A DNA stretch of 64,000 nt from an uncultured Phycisphaerales bacterium (GCA_963758525.1 CAVWVQ010000003.1:4608001-4672000); one strand, 5' to 3'; shown: positions 20,173 to 31,616, counted from the stretch's first letter. Numbers and translations: made by a program. Notes: generated by a model not told the origin, from the sequence alone.

Positions 20173-21390
20173 ATGCTGAGATTTTTGTTGGGCATTTTCA
20201 TCTGTCTGGCTGGCGCGGGAGGTGCGTTTGCCGACGATTCCATTCGCCGCTCTGAAGTCGCAGCGGCCAGCGCGGATGCCCAGGAATCGCTGCGGCAGGA
20301 AATTCTTGCAACAGAAATCGAACCGGGACTGACCGTCGCCGACTTTGTTGCCACGAATGGCGGACCACAGGCGTTGCAGCCGGCGGTGGCGGCCGCCGAT
20401 CAGATTGGGGGAACGCGGTGGATCGACGATCAAACCTGCCAGATTCAGCTCGATGTGGATTCGAGAATCGTGCGCGACTTGCTGCTCAAGATCGCCAGCG
20501 ATCATCCGGATCATCTTCCGCTTCCCCTCAAACGTCTCAAGACCCGCCTGGGCAACTGGAGCCACCGCTCGTTTTCAGGAACCGGCACCAGCACCGCGCT
20601 GGTGGCAGCGGAGCAGCTTCGGCCCGCGGCCGGGCAGGCGGCCTGGGCTGTCGTGCAGGATGAAGACCGCCGCGCCGCGATCGCTGCCGCTCGACGGAAT
20701 GCGGCAACGCGGGTTCTGGACAGCATTCGCCCGATCACGATGCCCGACGGCAAATCCCTGGGCGACGCGCTGGACCAGCCGGGCGTTCAACCGCTAGTAA
20801 GCAACTGGCTGGCGACTCGCCCGATTACCACCGTTGAATTTCGCGACGATCTGGAAGTTCGCCTCACCATCGCCGTCGACAACAGCGACCTTTGGCAGGT
20901 GCTTCGCGATGCATTGCCCCGGCAAAACGCCGTGAAACTTCCCGCCGGGGAAGAGGGTTGGAAGCGGTTGAGGGAACAGGTCGAACGGCGCGCGGCCATT
21001 CCAGTCGGTCATGGCATCGTGGCGGTGAACGCTGCCGCTCCTGCGCAGCCGGCCGCGATTGTGCCGCAGCAGCCCCCGGCGTGGGTGGCGCAATCGATCG
21101 ACGCCGAAGGCATTTCCCGATCGGCGGGGCGACTGCTGAAGACGGCGCGCGTTGCCGAAGCAGTAGCCGACGAGAAGCTCGCCGCGAAAGTTAACGACCT
21201 TCCGCTCGGCCCGCATCTGAGCGTGGGACAAGCCTCACAACAGGACCCGCGCGTTGCTGAGGCCGTCTCAAGAGCGTTGGGAAGAGCCAAGGCGTTCAAG
21301 GTCGATTATGACTACCCTGAAACTGGGGCGGTGCGTGTCAAAGTCGGGCTCGACCTTGCCGATCTGTGGCAAGAATTGAACAACCGCTGA
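20173..21390 (+). CDS. Hypothetical secreted protein
   Basis: Signal peptide MLRFLLGIFICLAGAGGAFA; long ORF with GC3-rich codons. Confidence 0.75.
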   Translation: MLRFLLGIFICLAGAGGAFADDSIRRSEVAAASADAQESLRQEILATEIEPGLTVADFVATNGGPQALQPAVAAADQIGGTRWIDDQTCQIQLDVDSRIVRDLLLKIASDHPDHLPLPLKRLKTRLGNWSHRSFSGTGTSTALVAAEQLRPAAGQAAWAVVQDEDRRAAIAAARRNAATRVLDSIRPITMPDGKSLGDALDQPGVQPLVSNWLATRPITTVEFRDDLEVRLTIAVDNSDLWQVLRDALPRQNAVKLPAGEEGWKRLREQVERRAAIPVGHGIVAVNAAAPAQPAAIVPQQPPAWVAQSIDAEGISRSAGRLLKTARVAEAVADEKLAAKVNDLPLGPHLSVGQASQQDPRVAEAVSRALGRAKAFKVDYDYPETGAVRVKVGLDLADLWQELNNR

Positions 21391-21496
21391 CGGTTGCCAT
21401 TGCAATAACGGCCCCTCCCCCGCGTATTGATCAGTACGAGAGGCCGGGTAGTCCACAGATCGCCCCCAACACCGATCGAATTGAGGAGAAAGCCGT

Positions 21497-21919
21497 ATGT
21501 CTCGCCTGACCAAGCCGTTTGTCACAGGATTATCCTGTATTTTGCTTCTATGCCTTGGGTCGACAGTTGCCTGGGGCGATTCAACCACCAGCCCTGCTAC
21601 CGGCACCATCAGCGGAACGGTAACTGGGGTGAACGGGCCGACCTCTGGGGTCACCATCAAAGTTTTCCCGTTCCATGGGAAGGGTGCCCGGTCTGCGGGA
21701 ACAGCCACGACCGGGAAGCATCGCAAACACGGCCCCGCAGCTGGCACGGCGGTTACGGATACCAATGGCGCGTTCTCCATCCCGAATCTCCCCGACGGCA
21801 ATTACATCGTTGTTGCCATTCTCAAGGGTGTTGGAACGGGTCACGCCAAGGCAGATCTCTCGGGAACCACTGTCTCGGTCAGCATCACACTGACGAATCA
21901 CCGCGCAAAAAATAAGTAA
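21497..21919 (+). CDS. Secreted carboxypeptidase-regulatory-like (transthyretin-fold) domain protein
   Basis: Signal peptide; TGTISGTVTG..GVTI ... TDTNGAFSIPNLPDGNYIV; gagga RBS upstream. Confidence 0.8.
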   Translation: MSRLTKPFVTGLSCILLLCLGSTVAWGDSTTSPATGTISGTVTGVNGPTSGVTIKVFPFHGKGARSAGTATTGKHRKHGPAAGTAVTDTNGAFSIPNLPDGNYIVVAILKGVGTGHAKADLSGTTVSVSITLTNHRAKNK

Positions 21920-22253
21920 ATTATTGGAACCTGAATGTGGTGATGGGCGTATCTGTGGGGATGTGTCTTCCGGAGGCGGTCGTCTTGCCTCGGCTCGGTG
22001 AGTGATAGTTTTCAACTCTGAGTCGGTGTTTCTGATGATCCAGAGGCGTCGTGCTGTTGCGCGACGCCTCGTGCTTTGGCAGGGAGCCCAGATGGCATCC
22101 GAAAGTGATGCTCGATTTAACGCAAGGCGTTTCGAGTCGTTTTCCGGCATGGGATGGCGCCGCTCGCTTCGCGTCGTCGCGGATCGTGGACGAAGCCGCA
22201 GGGCCCGGCACGTCGATCCTCGCTCCTTCCCGCTCGGCAATATGCCGCTGTCC

Positions 22254-24179
22254 TCACCGGCCACCGGGGTCTGGCGCCGAACGCAGTCTCTGCAACTCGA
22301 CCTGAGCCATATTGTATTCGTCGTAATTCTGCTGGCCGGTTGCAATACATTTGGCGAAGTACTCAGCGGCGGTCTTGTCGTCGCCGGCGATCGATCTGAT
22401 CTTGCCGGCGTAATACCAGGCTTCGCAAAGGTTGCCGCTGCGACTTGACGCGTCCGATGCCTCAGCCGCGGCCAAAAGGTCGGGCTCTTTTAACTGGCCA
22501 AGGAAGAACGCGATCAGTGCGGCATGCCATTCGTGAGGGTCCTTCACGTCGCGCATTTTCTGGTACGCCGCCAGATCACGGTCTGCCGCTTCCTTGTCGC
22601 CAAGCTGAACGCGCGTCATCCAGATCCACAGTTTTGAGTAATAGAAGTTCTGGTCATTCGGTTGGAGGCGCTTCGCATATTGTTCGAGGTCCGGCAGAGC
22701 ATCCTTTGCATCTCCGCTGGCTTGCAGCCGCAGGCCGCGAGCCTTGAAGGCGCCGGCCACCGCAAGTTCCTCGCCCGGCATGTGGATCAGCAGTTTGAAC
22801 GCGGGATCATGGTTTGCGTTTAGCACATCGTTCTGCTGCTTAACTATCTCGCTATGGCCATTCGACTCAGCGGCCGCACGGTAGTCCATCCGCGCGCTCA
22901 CCGCCTGGGGGTTGTATGCCAGATACCCCTCGTAGAGATTCTGCACGTCCTTCCACGTGGAAGGCTCTACCTTGTGCAACTCGGCAAGCGCCTGCTCCAA
23001 CACATGCTGCCGTTCCCACTCCGTTTGCGCGGTGGCAGACAGCTCGCGAAAGCGGTCCTCGACAATGTTCTTTTGCGATTGCAGCAGCAGGAAGGGAATA
23101 CGATCGTCCCAGCGTTTGGTAGCAAGGCACTCCCGGCCAAAGGCGAGTTGATCATCGGCAGTCCCGTGCCACTTCGGCGCGAGCCAGTAGAGCTTTCTGT
23201 CGTAAGCGGCATAGCAGCCTGGATCGGCAGCGATCGCGCGCTGGAAGTATTTTTCCATCTCCGCGCGATTTCCGTCGCTGCCAAGCTGTACGCTGATCAT
23301 TTCCGCTGCCGCCGCCGCGCAATTTGGATCTTTGTTCAGTGCGGCATCCAACGCCTCTTTTGCTACAGCAAGCCGCTCGGCAAACCGCCGCCAGCCTTCG
23401 GCGGTGACGGTCCCCGCAAATCCATTCCCGCGCGCATCCCACGCATATTTGCGGTAGGCAATTCCTTTAAACAGCTCAGCCAGCGGCGCATCCGGCTGCG
23501 CCTTTGCCATCATCTGGCTGATTCGATCAATCGTTGGCTTGCGATCTCCGTCCGGTGCCAGTCCCATCTCGGTCAGGTCGACGCAGATATCGGCGAGCTT
23601 GGCTTGCGGAATCTCCCGTTCGGCAAGCATTCCCGGAAGATTGTCCAGCGCCTCCCGCATGAGGCGCTGCCTGGTCTGGGTTGCGTCGGACCACAGGCCC
23701 GCCATCCACTGCGCGTACCTGCCGAGCCGAATGAACGTATAGGCTTTGAGAAATGGAGCGTACTTGGAACCAGTCGCGTTGCTTTCGAGGTCCTTGAGTA
23801 TGTCGGGGTCCGGATAGACGCCCGATGGCGAGGCCATCATTGCATGCATTTGGTTGTAGAGCACGAGCGGGTCACGGCATCTCTCCAGGACCGCATGGTC
23901 GGCATAATAGAGTATCTGGACGTCAATATCCGGATCGGCCATCGACAGCATCCACCGCCGGACCGACAAATCGAGCGCCTTGCGCGCATCGGAATCCCAA
24001 CTCGGATCATGTTGGCCGACCTTCTCGTAGGCATCGACAATATTCTTCCGAAAGAATGCCTCCCGCCGGGCGGTCTCCGCCGATGCAGGCGGTGTGTCGG
24101 CATCCCCTTTCTCGCCGCTCGCCGCAGCGCTGACTCCCAGAGCAACAACAATGGCAAAAGCAGTGATCAAGTGTCGCAT
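22254..24179 (-). CDS. Secreted TPR-like helical protein (DUF4034-like region plus NlpI-like C-terminus)
   Basis: Signal peptide; YAWDARGNGFAGTV, WLAPKWHG; C-terminal LCEAWYYAG..AAEYF..CIAT..YDEYNMA. Confidence 0.75.
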   Translation of the reverse strand: MRHLITAFAIVVALGVSAAASGEKGDADTPPASAETARREAFFRKNIVDAYEKVGQHDPSWDSDARKALDLSVRRWMLSMADPDIDVQILYYADHAVLERCRDPLVLYNQMHAMMASPSGVYPDPDILKDLESNATGSKYAPFLKAYTFIRLGRYAQWMAGLWSDATQTRQRLMREALDNLPGMLAEREIPQAKLADICVDLTEMGLAPDGDRKPTIDRISQMMAKAQPDAPLAELFKGIAYRKYAWDARGNGFAGTVTAEGWRRFAERLAVAKEALDAALNKDPNCAAAAAEMISVQLGSDGNRAEMEKYFQRAIAADPGCYAAYDRKLYWLAPKWHGTADDQLAFGRECLATKRWDDRIPFLLLQSQKNIVEDRFRELSATAQTEWERQHVLEQALAELHKVEPSTWKDVQNLYEGYLAYNPQAVSARMDYRAAAESNGHSEIVKQQNDVLNANHDPAFKLLIHMPGEELAVAGAFKARGLRLQASGDAKDALPDLEQYAKRLQPNDQNFYYSKLWIWMTRVQLGDKEAADRDLAAYQKMRDVKDPHEWHAALIAFFLGQLKEPDLLAAAEASDASSRSGNLCEAWYYAGKIRSIAGDDKTAAEYFAKCIATGQQNYDEYNMAQVELQRLRSAPDPGGR

Positions 24180-24341
24180 GAAGACTCCCTCCAGATCTTT
24201 CATGGTCCTCAAATCGTAAACTCCATCAAGTTTTCGCCCGCTTGGAGGGCATGCAACCAATCTATCCACAGGGCGTCCTGCGCCTGGCTAACCATTGGCA
24301 GAGACCGTCGTGTACCCCCACTGTCATCTCGTTTTCCGGCC

Positions 24342-24980
24342 TCAGCTCAGCGCCGCCTGGACGTACGGGTTGTGCGCGCGTTCCTCGTCGAGCGTGCTGG
24401 CATGCCCGTGACCGGAAAGAAGACGCGTCGCCCCCGGAAGCTTCATCACGCGGCGAATGGACTCGTTGAGCGCCTCCGGGTCGGAATCAGGCAGATCGGT
24501 GCGTCCGACGGCGTTCATGATGATCAAATCTCCGCCGATCAACACCTGCTCTTTGGGAAAGTGAAACATCACGTGCCCCGGGGCGTGGCCGGGAGTGTGA
24601 ATCACCTCCAGTTCAAGTGATCCGATTTTCAGCTTCTGCCCGTCATGCAGATGCGCGTCTGCCGAGCGCGCCGGGATGACGAACGGAAGCGGGAAAAACT
24701 TGCTTTGCGGCTTCTGCAGCTTGGGCTCATCCAGCGGATGAATCAGCAGCTTCGCATCGGGAAATCGTTGTGTGACGATCGCATGATCCGCGAGATGATC
24801 GAAGTGACCGTGCGTGAGCCACAGGCCGATGACCTGGTATCCGCGTGACTCGGCCTCGTCGAGCAGGGGGGCGACGGTGTCGTTGGGCGCATCGAAGATC
24901 ACGGCCTGCTTTGTCTGGTCGTCGGCGACGAGATAGCAATTGGTGACGGCAATGCCGCCGGTATTGGCGATGACTGTCAT
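24342..24980 (-). CDS. MBL-fold metallo-hydrolase (glyoxalase II-like)
   Basis: THGHFDHL, HTPGHAPG, GDLI, GRTDLP, GHG. Confidence 0.92.
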   Translation of the reverse strand: MTVIANTGGIAVTNCYLVADDQTKQAVIFDAPNDTVAPLLDEAESRGYQVIGLWLTHGHFDHLADHAIVTQRFPDAKLLIHPLDEPKLQKPQSKFFPLPFVIPARSADAHLHDGQKLKIGSLELEVIHTPGHAPGHVMFHFPKEQVLIGGDLIIMNAVGRTDLPDSDPEALNESIRRVMKLPGATRLLSGHGHASTLDEERAHNPYVQAALS

Positions 24981-26000
24981 TGGGGACTTCCGATCGCGGA
25001 AAGCAGCGCCATCAGCGTTCGCATGGTGCCGATGGAATCGGCCCGCGTGACTCTCGGCGGTGCGCCGTCCAGAACGCTGGCGGCAAAATCGTCGGCTTCC
25101 AGCGCGTAGAGCCCGCCGGGGGAGCTGACGGAAAACGTTTCGCGGGGCGGCACGGTTCCAATGAAGAGGCCTTTGGCCTTGTCCATTCGGGGCGGAGTGG
25201 AAAACCCCAGATGCCATTGCGCGTTCTCCACAGGCGGTTTCCACGGGACGGGAATTTCGATGTATCCCCCGCTGCCGCTGAGCGTGGCGGCGTTGTCCGC
25301 CTGTAAGCTCATGCCGCAGATAAAAGTGGCAATCACACCGCCTGGGAATTGCATCGCGCCGCCGGCGATTTCATCGACGCCATTGGGATGAAATTTCGCA
25401 TAGGCGGATACCGCCTTGGGCTCTTCGCCGGTGAACAGACGCGAGAAGTCGACGCAGTAACAGCCGATATCCATCAGCGCGCCGCCGTTCAATTCCGGTT
25501 GGAAGCGGATGTTATTGTCGATGCGCGCGGTGCGGTAGCAGAAGCTGGTTCGGATGGTTTTCAAATCCCCGATCGCGCCGCGCCGAACCGCTTCGAGCAC
25601 GGCCAACGTCTGGGGATGCGAGCGATACATGAATGCCTCGACCAGCACCCGTCCCGCGCGCTGCGCAACGTCGAACATCTCCTGGGCCTCTGCAACGTTC
25701 GTTGCCAGCGGCTTCTCGCAAAGGACGTGCTTCCCCGCCTCGAGCGCCTTGATCGTCCATTCATGATGCATTGAGTTCGGCAGCGACAGGTAAATCGCGT
25801 CAACATCCTTGCGCGAGCAACTCCGCATAGGAGCCGGCCGCGACGGGAATCCCATTTGCCGATGCGAAGGCGCTGGCCGTTTCGGCTTTGCGGGATCCGA
25901 CTGCCTGCAACTGGCATCGGCTTGCATTCCGCAGATCGGCGCAGAATTGCCGTGCGATGTTTCCGGTGCCCAGAATTCCCCAGCGCAGCGTTTCGCTCAT
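24977..26000 (-). CDS. Gfo/Idh/MocA family oxidoreductase (frameshifted near the 5' end)
   Basis: MSETLRWGILGTGNIA in one frame; DVDAIYLSLPNSMHHEW..GKHVLCEKP, GGALMDIGCY in another. Confidence 0.88.
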
Positions 26001-26046
26001 GGCGTGCAGAATACACTGGCGTTGCAACCGCTGACAATCCGCAAGG

Positions 26047-26643
26047 CTATTGGGCGTGTTGCAGAACCAGCGGTTTGGCGCCCGGGAGGTTTGTGCCGTC
26101 GGGCGCCATGGGGATGAAGGTGATCTGCTCTTTCGCGAAGGTGACGCGCCAACGGTTGTGTTTCTGATCGTCCGCGGTGGAATTGGTCCACATTTCGACA
26201 ACATCATCGGAGGGCATGGCCCAATGGCCGGCTTCGTGATGCGGGGAAGTGAGCCACGATTGCTGATAGGTGCCGTTGTCGGCGAATTCAGTAATAAAGG
26301 CGTTGCCGTCGCGCAGGTTGCCTCCCTGCCAGCGTCCGACCAATTTTGCCGACGGACCGGTGAGCGCCGAAGCTGTGGCGGCGGGATTCGTCGTGGGGGT
26401 TGCGATGGCAAGCGCCTCGCGGAGCTGCGCAACCTCACGGGAAAGGTCAGCGTTCTCCTCGCGCAGACGGCGGTTCTCGATTCGCAGCCGCTCAACCTCG
26501 CTGAGCGGTTGAGTGGAGGCCGGCCGGGTCGTCAGCTTCTCGTGAAGCCGGCGCTGCGCCTCCTCAATCGAGACCTGGGCCGAGGCAACCGCCGCCAGCA
26601 CCAGCAGAATCGGAATGGATATGCGTCCACGCATCATCATCAT
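26047..26643 (-). CDS. Hypothetical secreted coiled-coil protein
   Basis: Signal peptide, TTRPASTQP linker, heptad region. Confidence 0.7.
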   Translation of the reverse strand: MMMMRGRISIPILLVLAAVASAQVSIEEAQRRLHEKLTTRPASTQPLSEVERLRIENRRLREENADLSREVAQLREALAIATPTTNPAATASALTGPSAKLVGRWQGGNLRDGNAFITEFADNGTYQQSWLTSPHHEAGHWAMPSDDVVEMWTNSTADDQKHNRWRVTFAKEQITFIPMAPDGTNLPGAKPLVLQHAQ

Positions 26644-27763
26644 CAGTTCGCTGGTTCGGGAACGTCCCCCGAGTCCGCGCCCGTGGCATTCTGGGCTGCT
26701 GCGGCGGCACCAGCCAGGAACTGGCGCACGTGAAGCATGTTGAGCACCGCAATGGCGATCAGCACGAGTGCGACCGCGAACAACGCGATCGACATCCAGA
26801 CCGGGAAGTCCGAGATCGGCGATTCCTCTCCGACGACAAACTTCAGCGCTCCGGCGACAACGAACATGAAACCAGAGACGAGCAATACCGGAATTGCGGT
26901 CTGCCGCGCGTCGATGGATTTCGTGTTCAGCATCGCGAGGTGCGCCCTCGGCGCGGCAGCGCGCGCATGTCCCAAATATTCCATCGGCGCGGCCGGCACA
27001 TTCACGGAGTCGTCGCCCTCAACCACGTGCGTCATTGCCTCGGCCTGCTCCGCGTGCTGCGTTTCCGCATCGACCGGTTCTTGCTGCTCAGGAACGGTGA
27101 TCTCATCGGAGCGCATCGGCGAAGCAGCGCGCGCGGGTCCGGCGGATCGCGTGGGATCGACGGCGCGCTGCTGCCGGGGGGGGGCATTTTTGATCGGGGC
27201 GGAAGGTTCGCGGGTCTGCCGGGGACAGCCCGAGGTGCGGCGGGACGTGCGGGTGGTGTCGATGCGGGGTCCGCCGCTCGAGCGCCAGGCGAGGCGGCGC
27301 GCGTCGGGGCGCCTGGCGCCGCAGGTCGACCGGAGCTGCCGGGAGCGGCGCTACGCGCTGGCCCGCCGGGCGCGGCAGGGCGGACGGCGCCGCCCGCGGC
27401 AGCGCTGCGCGCTGGCCCGGCGGGCGCAGCAGGGCGGCCAACGCCGCCCGGCGCGGCGCCGTGCGCTGGCGCGCCGGGAGCAGGCGGGCGGACGGCGCCA
27501 CCCGGCGCGGCCGCGCGCGGCGAGGCGCCTGGCCCGGGCGGGCGCGCTGGGGTGCCTCCTGCCGGAGCAGCGGCGCGCGGGGTTCCGGGAGCGGGAGCGC
27601 GCGGGGCAGCCGAAGCCGGTCGCGGGGTGCGCGGCGGCGCGGGAGGCGATGGCGGGGGATCGGAATACGTTTCCCCCGCTGCACTATCGGACGGCTCGGA
27701 ATGCTCTCCGCTGGCCAGACCCTCCAAGGCGCGGGCGAGGTCGTCGTTGCTTTGATTTGCCAT
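26643..27763 (-). CDS. Hypothetical membrane protein with Pro/Ala-rich repeat N-terminus and two C-terminal TM helices (frameshift near 27120)
   Basis: ORF 27032-27790 (MANQSNDDLARALEGL, ~16-aa P/A/G/R repeats) runs into ORF 26643-27116. Confidence 0.6.
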
Positions 27764-27873
27764 CAGCGTTTCTCCCGACGACCCATTCATCTTACGCCAT
27801 TTATCGCGTTCCGAGAAGATTAGGGTGTCGCAAGCGCGTTTCGGATTGTTGCGTCTGAAGCAACCTGATTATA

Positions 27874-28776
27874 GTGCCTCCCGTGGCTGGGCCAAGGGAG
27901 CAATCCGTTCGGCAGCCCGCCGTGGCCGGGACGTTCTATCCTGCCGACGCCGCAGGATGCCGCGATTTGGCTCGCTCGTACCTGCAACCGAGCGACAAGC
28001 TCCCGCCCGACATGACCCGGCTGTGTGGGGCGATTGTGCCGCACGCAGGCTGGATCTGCAGCGGCGCCATCGCGGGCGAAGCGATCGGAACTGTGGCTCG
28101 GTTCGCTCCAGCCGACGTGGTGGTGGTGTTTGGCGCGGTGCACACGCCGGTGAAGATCGGATGCGCAGCGCTGGATATCGACGACTGCTGGCAGATGCCC
28201 GGGGAGGCGTCCGACGTCGCGGTTGACGCCCGGCGAGCATTGGAAAAAGCAAGTGAATTCTTCCGCGTCGATGCGCGCCTGCATGTGCAGGAGCATGCAG
28301 TGGAAGTCGAGGTGCCGCTCATTCAGGCCGCATGGCCTGGTGTTCGGTTGCTTCCGATCGAAGTGCCGCTCATTCACGCTGCGGCAGAGATCGGGAAGCG
28401 CACCGCCGAGCGGGTGCTGGACAGCGGTCAGCGAGCCGTGTTTTTGGCGAGCAGCGATCTGACGCACTATGGGCCGGCGTACGGGTTCGCCCCTGCGGGG
28501 GTCGGTTTGCAGGGACTGCAGTGGGCTGGCGAGAACGACCGCCGGTTGTTGTCGCTGGTAACTGGAATGTCGGCAGAGCAGGTGGTACCGGAGGTTCAGG
28601 AAAGGCGTAACGCCTGTGGCGGCGGAGCGATCGCTGCGATGCTGGCGGCGTGTCGCGTTGCCGGGGCTGGCAAGGGCTGGGTGTTGCGTCACGCCAACAG
28701 CGTTGAAACGCTGTCAACCGTGGCCCCCCAACCGCCAACGGACGCGGTTGGATACGCCGCGGTGGTGATCGGATAA
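27874..28776 (+). CDS. amrB: AmmeMemoRadiSam system protein B (MEMO1 family)
   Basis: VRQPAVAGTFYP, IVPHAGWICSG, EHAVEVEVP, ASSDLTHYG, NACG, VGYAA. Confidence 0.92.
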   Translation: MPPVAGPREQSVRQPAVAGTFYPADAAGCRDLARSYLQPSDKLPPDMTRLCGAIVPHAGWICSGAIAGEAIGTVARFAPADVVVVFGAVHTPVKIGCAALDIDDCWQMPGEASDVAVDARRALEKASEFFRVDARLHVQEHAVEVEVPLIQAAWPGVRLLPIEVPLIHAAAEIGKRTAERVLDSGQRAVFLASSDLTHYGPAYGFAPAGVGLQGLQWAGENDRRLLSLVTGMSAEQVVPEVQERRNACGGGAIAAMLAACRVAGAGKGWVLRHANSVETLSTVAPQPPTDAVGYAAVVIG

Positions 28777-28981
28777 GTGTCAGTGCGCAGAACATCAACG
28801 TACGCGGGTGAACAGCGGTGTTTGTAAGCAACATGCGTGATAAACCTCAATCGGAGGCGGCCAAGGGATTGGCCCAACAAAGGTCATTTCCGCTGCTGGC
28901 TGCGGAAGGGCGACCTGCTGAAGCGGCTGCATGGATGTGGAATGCCATTTGCCAAGCATAACTTCGTAAGGACCATCATCC

Positions 28982-29247
28982 ATGAATGAGCACGAATTTC
29001 AGTCCAAGTTGGCGGAGCTGATGGGAGAAATCAGCACGCTTCCAGCCAGTGAGCGGGTCAAGCTGGAAAAGCTCGCCGTCGAAACGCGCCAGCGCCATGG
29101 CGCCTGCGCCAGACCGTCAGCAGCCTTCAGGAGAGCCTCGATTACCTGCGGCTGAGCATCAAATACCTGGTGTTCGACCTCGAAGCGACGCGGCGCGAGA
29201 ACGGGTACCTCCGCAAGATGCTGGAAGAGACGCACGGCAATGATTAA
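28982..29247 (+). CDS. Small coiled-coil protein of a type conserved in planctomycetes (frameshift near 29099)
   Basis: Manual translation MNEHEFQSKLAELMGEISTLPASERVKLEKLAVETRQRH / LRQTVSSLQESLDYLRLSIKYLVFDLEATRRENGYLRKMLEE. Confidence 0.75.
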
Positions 29248-29428
29248 ACGAGCGAGCGCGGGAGCACACTCCTGGAAAATGCGATGAGACTTCGACGGGA
29301 TCACTGAGTATACGATCTGAACGGCCGCGAGAAGCGCGGACGCGAGCGACCACATCAACCGATCTAGGGGGTATTAGATCTGCATCCGACAGGCGTCCAT
29401 TCGGACGCCTGGTTTATTTGATTTCCAT

Positions 29429-29573
29429 GGGGGTGTAACTTTTATTTGTGGCGATTGCAGATTTTGCGATCGTAGGGCGGGATTCATCCCGCCGTTTTCT
29501 CAGCCGGCCAACAAATCGGCTGGATGAATCCCGCCCTACTCGGAGCCGATCGCCACTTTCGAGCGCCACACCC
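29429..29573. mobile_element. 145-bp repeated element with an internal GTAG-type REP doublet; second copy inverted at 52636-52780
   Basis: gtagggcgggattcatcccgcc ... ggctggatgaatcccgccctac inside gggtgt...acaccc ends; the two copies are near-identical. Confidence 0.9.
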
Positions 29574-29780
29574 TTTCCATGGTGTTGCGTTTTCCAGCGA
29601 TTGACTTGCGCAAAAACGACGATATATGCAGTTCTACGCACCGTTGAAGAAGCTGAAGGTGGCGCCGCGAAGCACGGTTTTTCAGCTCCCTGCGGCGCGC
29701 ACTCTGCCCGATTGCTCCATGAGGTTCAGGTTGGACGACCTGAATATATCCGGCCGGAGCCACCACGACGGAGTTTACTT

Positions 29781-30083
29781 GTGAGCGATTGGATCACCGC
29801 GGCGGTCACGGCGCTGGCATGCTTTGCCATCACTGGCGGCTGCGTCGTTTATCTCTACAAAGCGTCAGGGCGTCTCCGCTGGTCGCGACGCAGCAAAACG
29901 CTGGTGCTGCGTCACCCGCTGCCTGTGGTTTTCTGGACCAAGATCATCGTCGTCGGTGCTGGCGCTCTGCTCTGCCTGTCCATGGGAATCCTGCTGCTCG
30001 TCTTTCATGGTCACCGATTCCTGCATTCGGCAGATTCTCAGAAACCGTTGTTTGAACAAGTGCGACCTGACGCGAATCCATGA
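29781..30083 (+). CDS. Small hypothetical membrane protein (2 TM)
   Basis: Hydrophobic part of ORF 29448-30083; GTG start after ggag. Confidence 0.45.
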   Translation: MSDWITAAVTALACFAITGGCVVYLYKASGRLRWSRRSKTLVLRHPLPVVFWTKIIVVGAGALLCLSMGILLLVFHGHRFLHSADSQKPLFEQVRPDANP

Positions 30084-30200
30084 CACGCTGATTAGATCGC
30101 CCGCTCCCCCGGGATTACTGCGCTGGGCGGATTACTGCGCTTTCCGCTTCCCCGCGAAGCGGCTACCATCGCAGCGGGCGGCGGTATCAACGGAGTCTGC

Positions 30201-31616
30201 ATGAGTCGAGAGAAGTTTGCCTGGCTGGTTAGCATCATTCTCATCGCGATGCTCGCATTTCACCTGCCGGGCTCATTCGCGCCGGGACGACGACTACAAC
30301 TTCGTCCGCACCCTCATCGACATTCATCGCGAAGTCTCCACGAACTACGTCGACCCCGTCGACGAGGACAAACTGGCTCAGGGAGCCATCGATGGGATGC
30401 TGGGCACCCTCGACCCGTTTACCGTGTATGTTCCGCCGGGGCGGAAGGACGACTTTGACCGGCTCCTCGAGGGAAGCTTCAAGGGTGTCGGCATTCAGTT
30501 GGATCAACTGGAAAACGGGGACATTGAGGTCGTCACGCCGATCGACGACAGCCCCGCCTTCAAGGCGGGCGTTCTCGCCGGCGACAAGATTCTCAAGGTC
30601 AACGGCGCTGATCTGCGCAACACGCGCCTCGACGATGTGATCAAGCGCATCACCGGCCCGATCGGCAGCGAAGTGCATCTGACCATCCAGCATTCCGACG
30701 GCCAGATCGTCGAACTAACGATGAAGCGGCAGGAAGTCGTCGTGCCGACCGTGAAGGGGTATCAGCGCAACGCGGATAATTCGTGGGACTACTATGTCGT
30801 GAAGGATCCCAAAATCGCTTACCTGCGCATCACGCAATTCACCAGCGACACGTTCGACAAGCTCAAGGGTGCACTTGGCCCGTTGCTCCAGGATGGGATG
30901 AAGGGGCTGATCCTCGACCTGCGATTCAATCCCGGCGGCAGGCTGGATCAGGCGAAGGACGTGGTGAATCTGTTTGTGCGCGACGGCGTGATCGTCGTTA
31001 CCAAGGGGCGCAATCGAGCCGAGGAAATCACCCGCACAAGCCGGAGGAGGCGCTGCCCGATTTTCCGATGGTGGTGCTGGTCAACGAGCATTCCGCCAGC
31101 GCGTCGGAAATCGTTTCAGGCAGCCTGATGGACAATCATCGCGCGCTGGTGATCGGGACGCGCACCTACGGAAAAGGATCTGTGCAGGAACTGATTCCGC
31201 TGGAAGGCGGCGGCGAGCTGAAGATGACCGTCGCCTATTATTATCTGCCAAGCGGCCGGCTCGTGCATCGCAAGAAGGATGCGAAGGACTGGGGCGTGGA
31301 GCCGCAAATCGTGGTGCCGATGGACGAACAGGGCGAGAAACAGGTTTTGCAGGATCATTACGAGCAGGAGCTGTTTCACAAACCACTGACCAAGCAGACG
31401 ACGCGGCCGACGCCCGGCTCAACGCAGCCGGCGGTGCCCGCGACGCAGCCGATCGATCCGCAGTTGGAAGCCGCCATCAGCACCATGATCGGCCACGAGA
31501 TTTTGAGCGGCCGTGTCGAGCTGCCGGCCGCGCCGGCGCAAGCGCCACCGGCGCCATCGCCGATTCCGGCTTCGGCGCCATCCACTCAGCCGACGACGGA
31601 TCCTGGGGACAACTGA
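30201..31616 (+). CDS. S41 family carboxyl-terminal processing peptidase (frameshifts near 30280 and 31040)
   Basis: [15 protein letters not shown] ([14 protein letters not shown]), [43 protein letters not shown]. Confidence 0.92.

Noticed and set aside
22854..24620. Long antisense ORFs (e.g. 22854-24620, 811-2040, 42245-43747, 40921-42132)
   Set aside because: Shadow frames opposite well-supported genes, expected in high-GC DNA, with no recognisable motifs.
29448..29780. Shared N-terminus MAIADFAIVGRDSSRR… on ORFs 29448-30083 and 52084-52761
   Set aside because: It is the translation of the 145-bp repeat element, not a protein domain; real starts are downstream.
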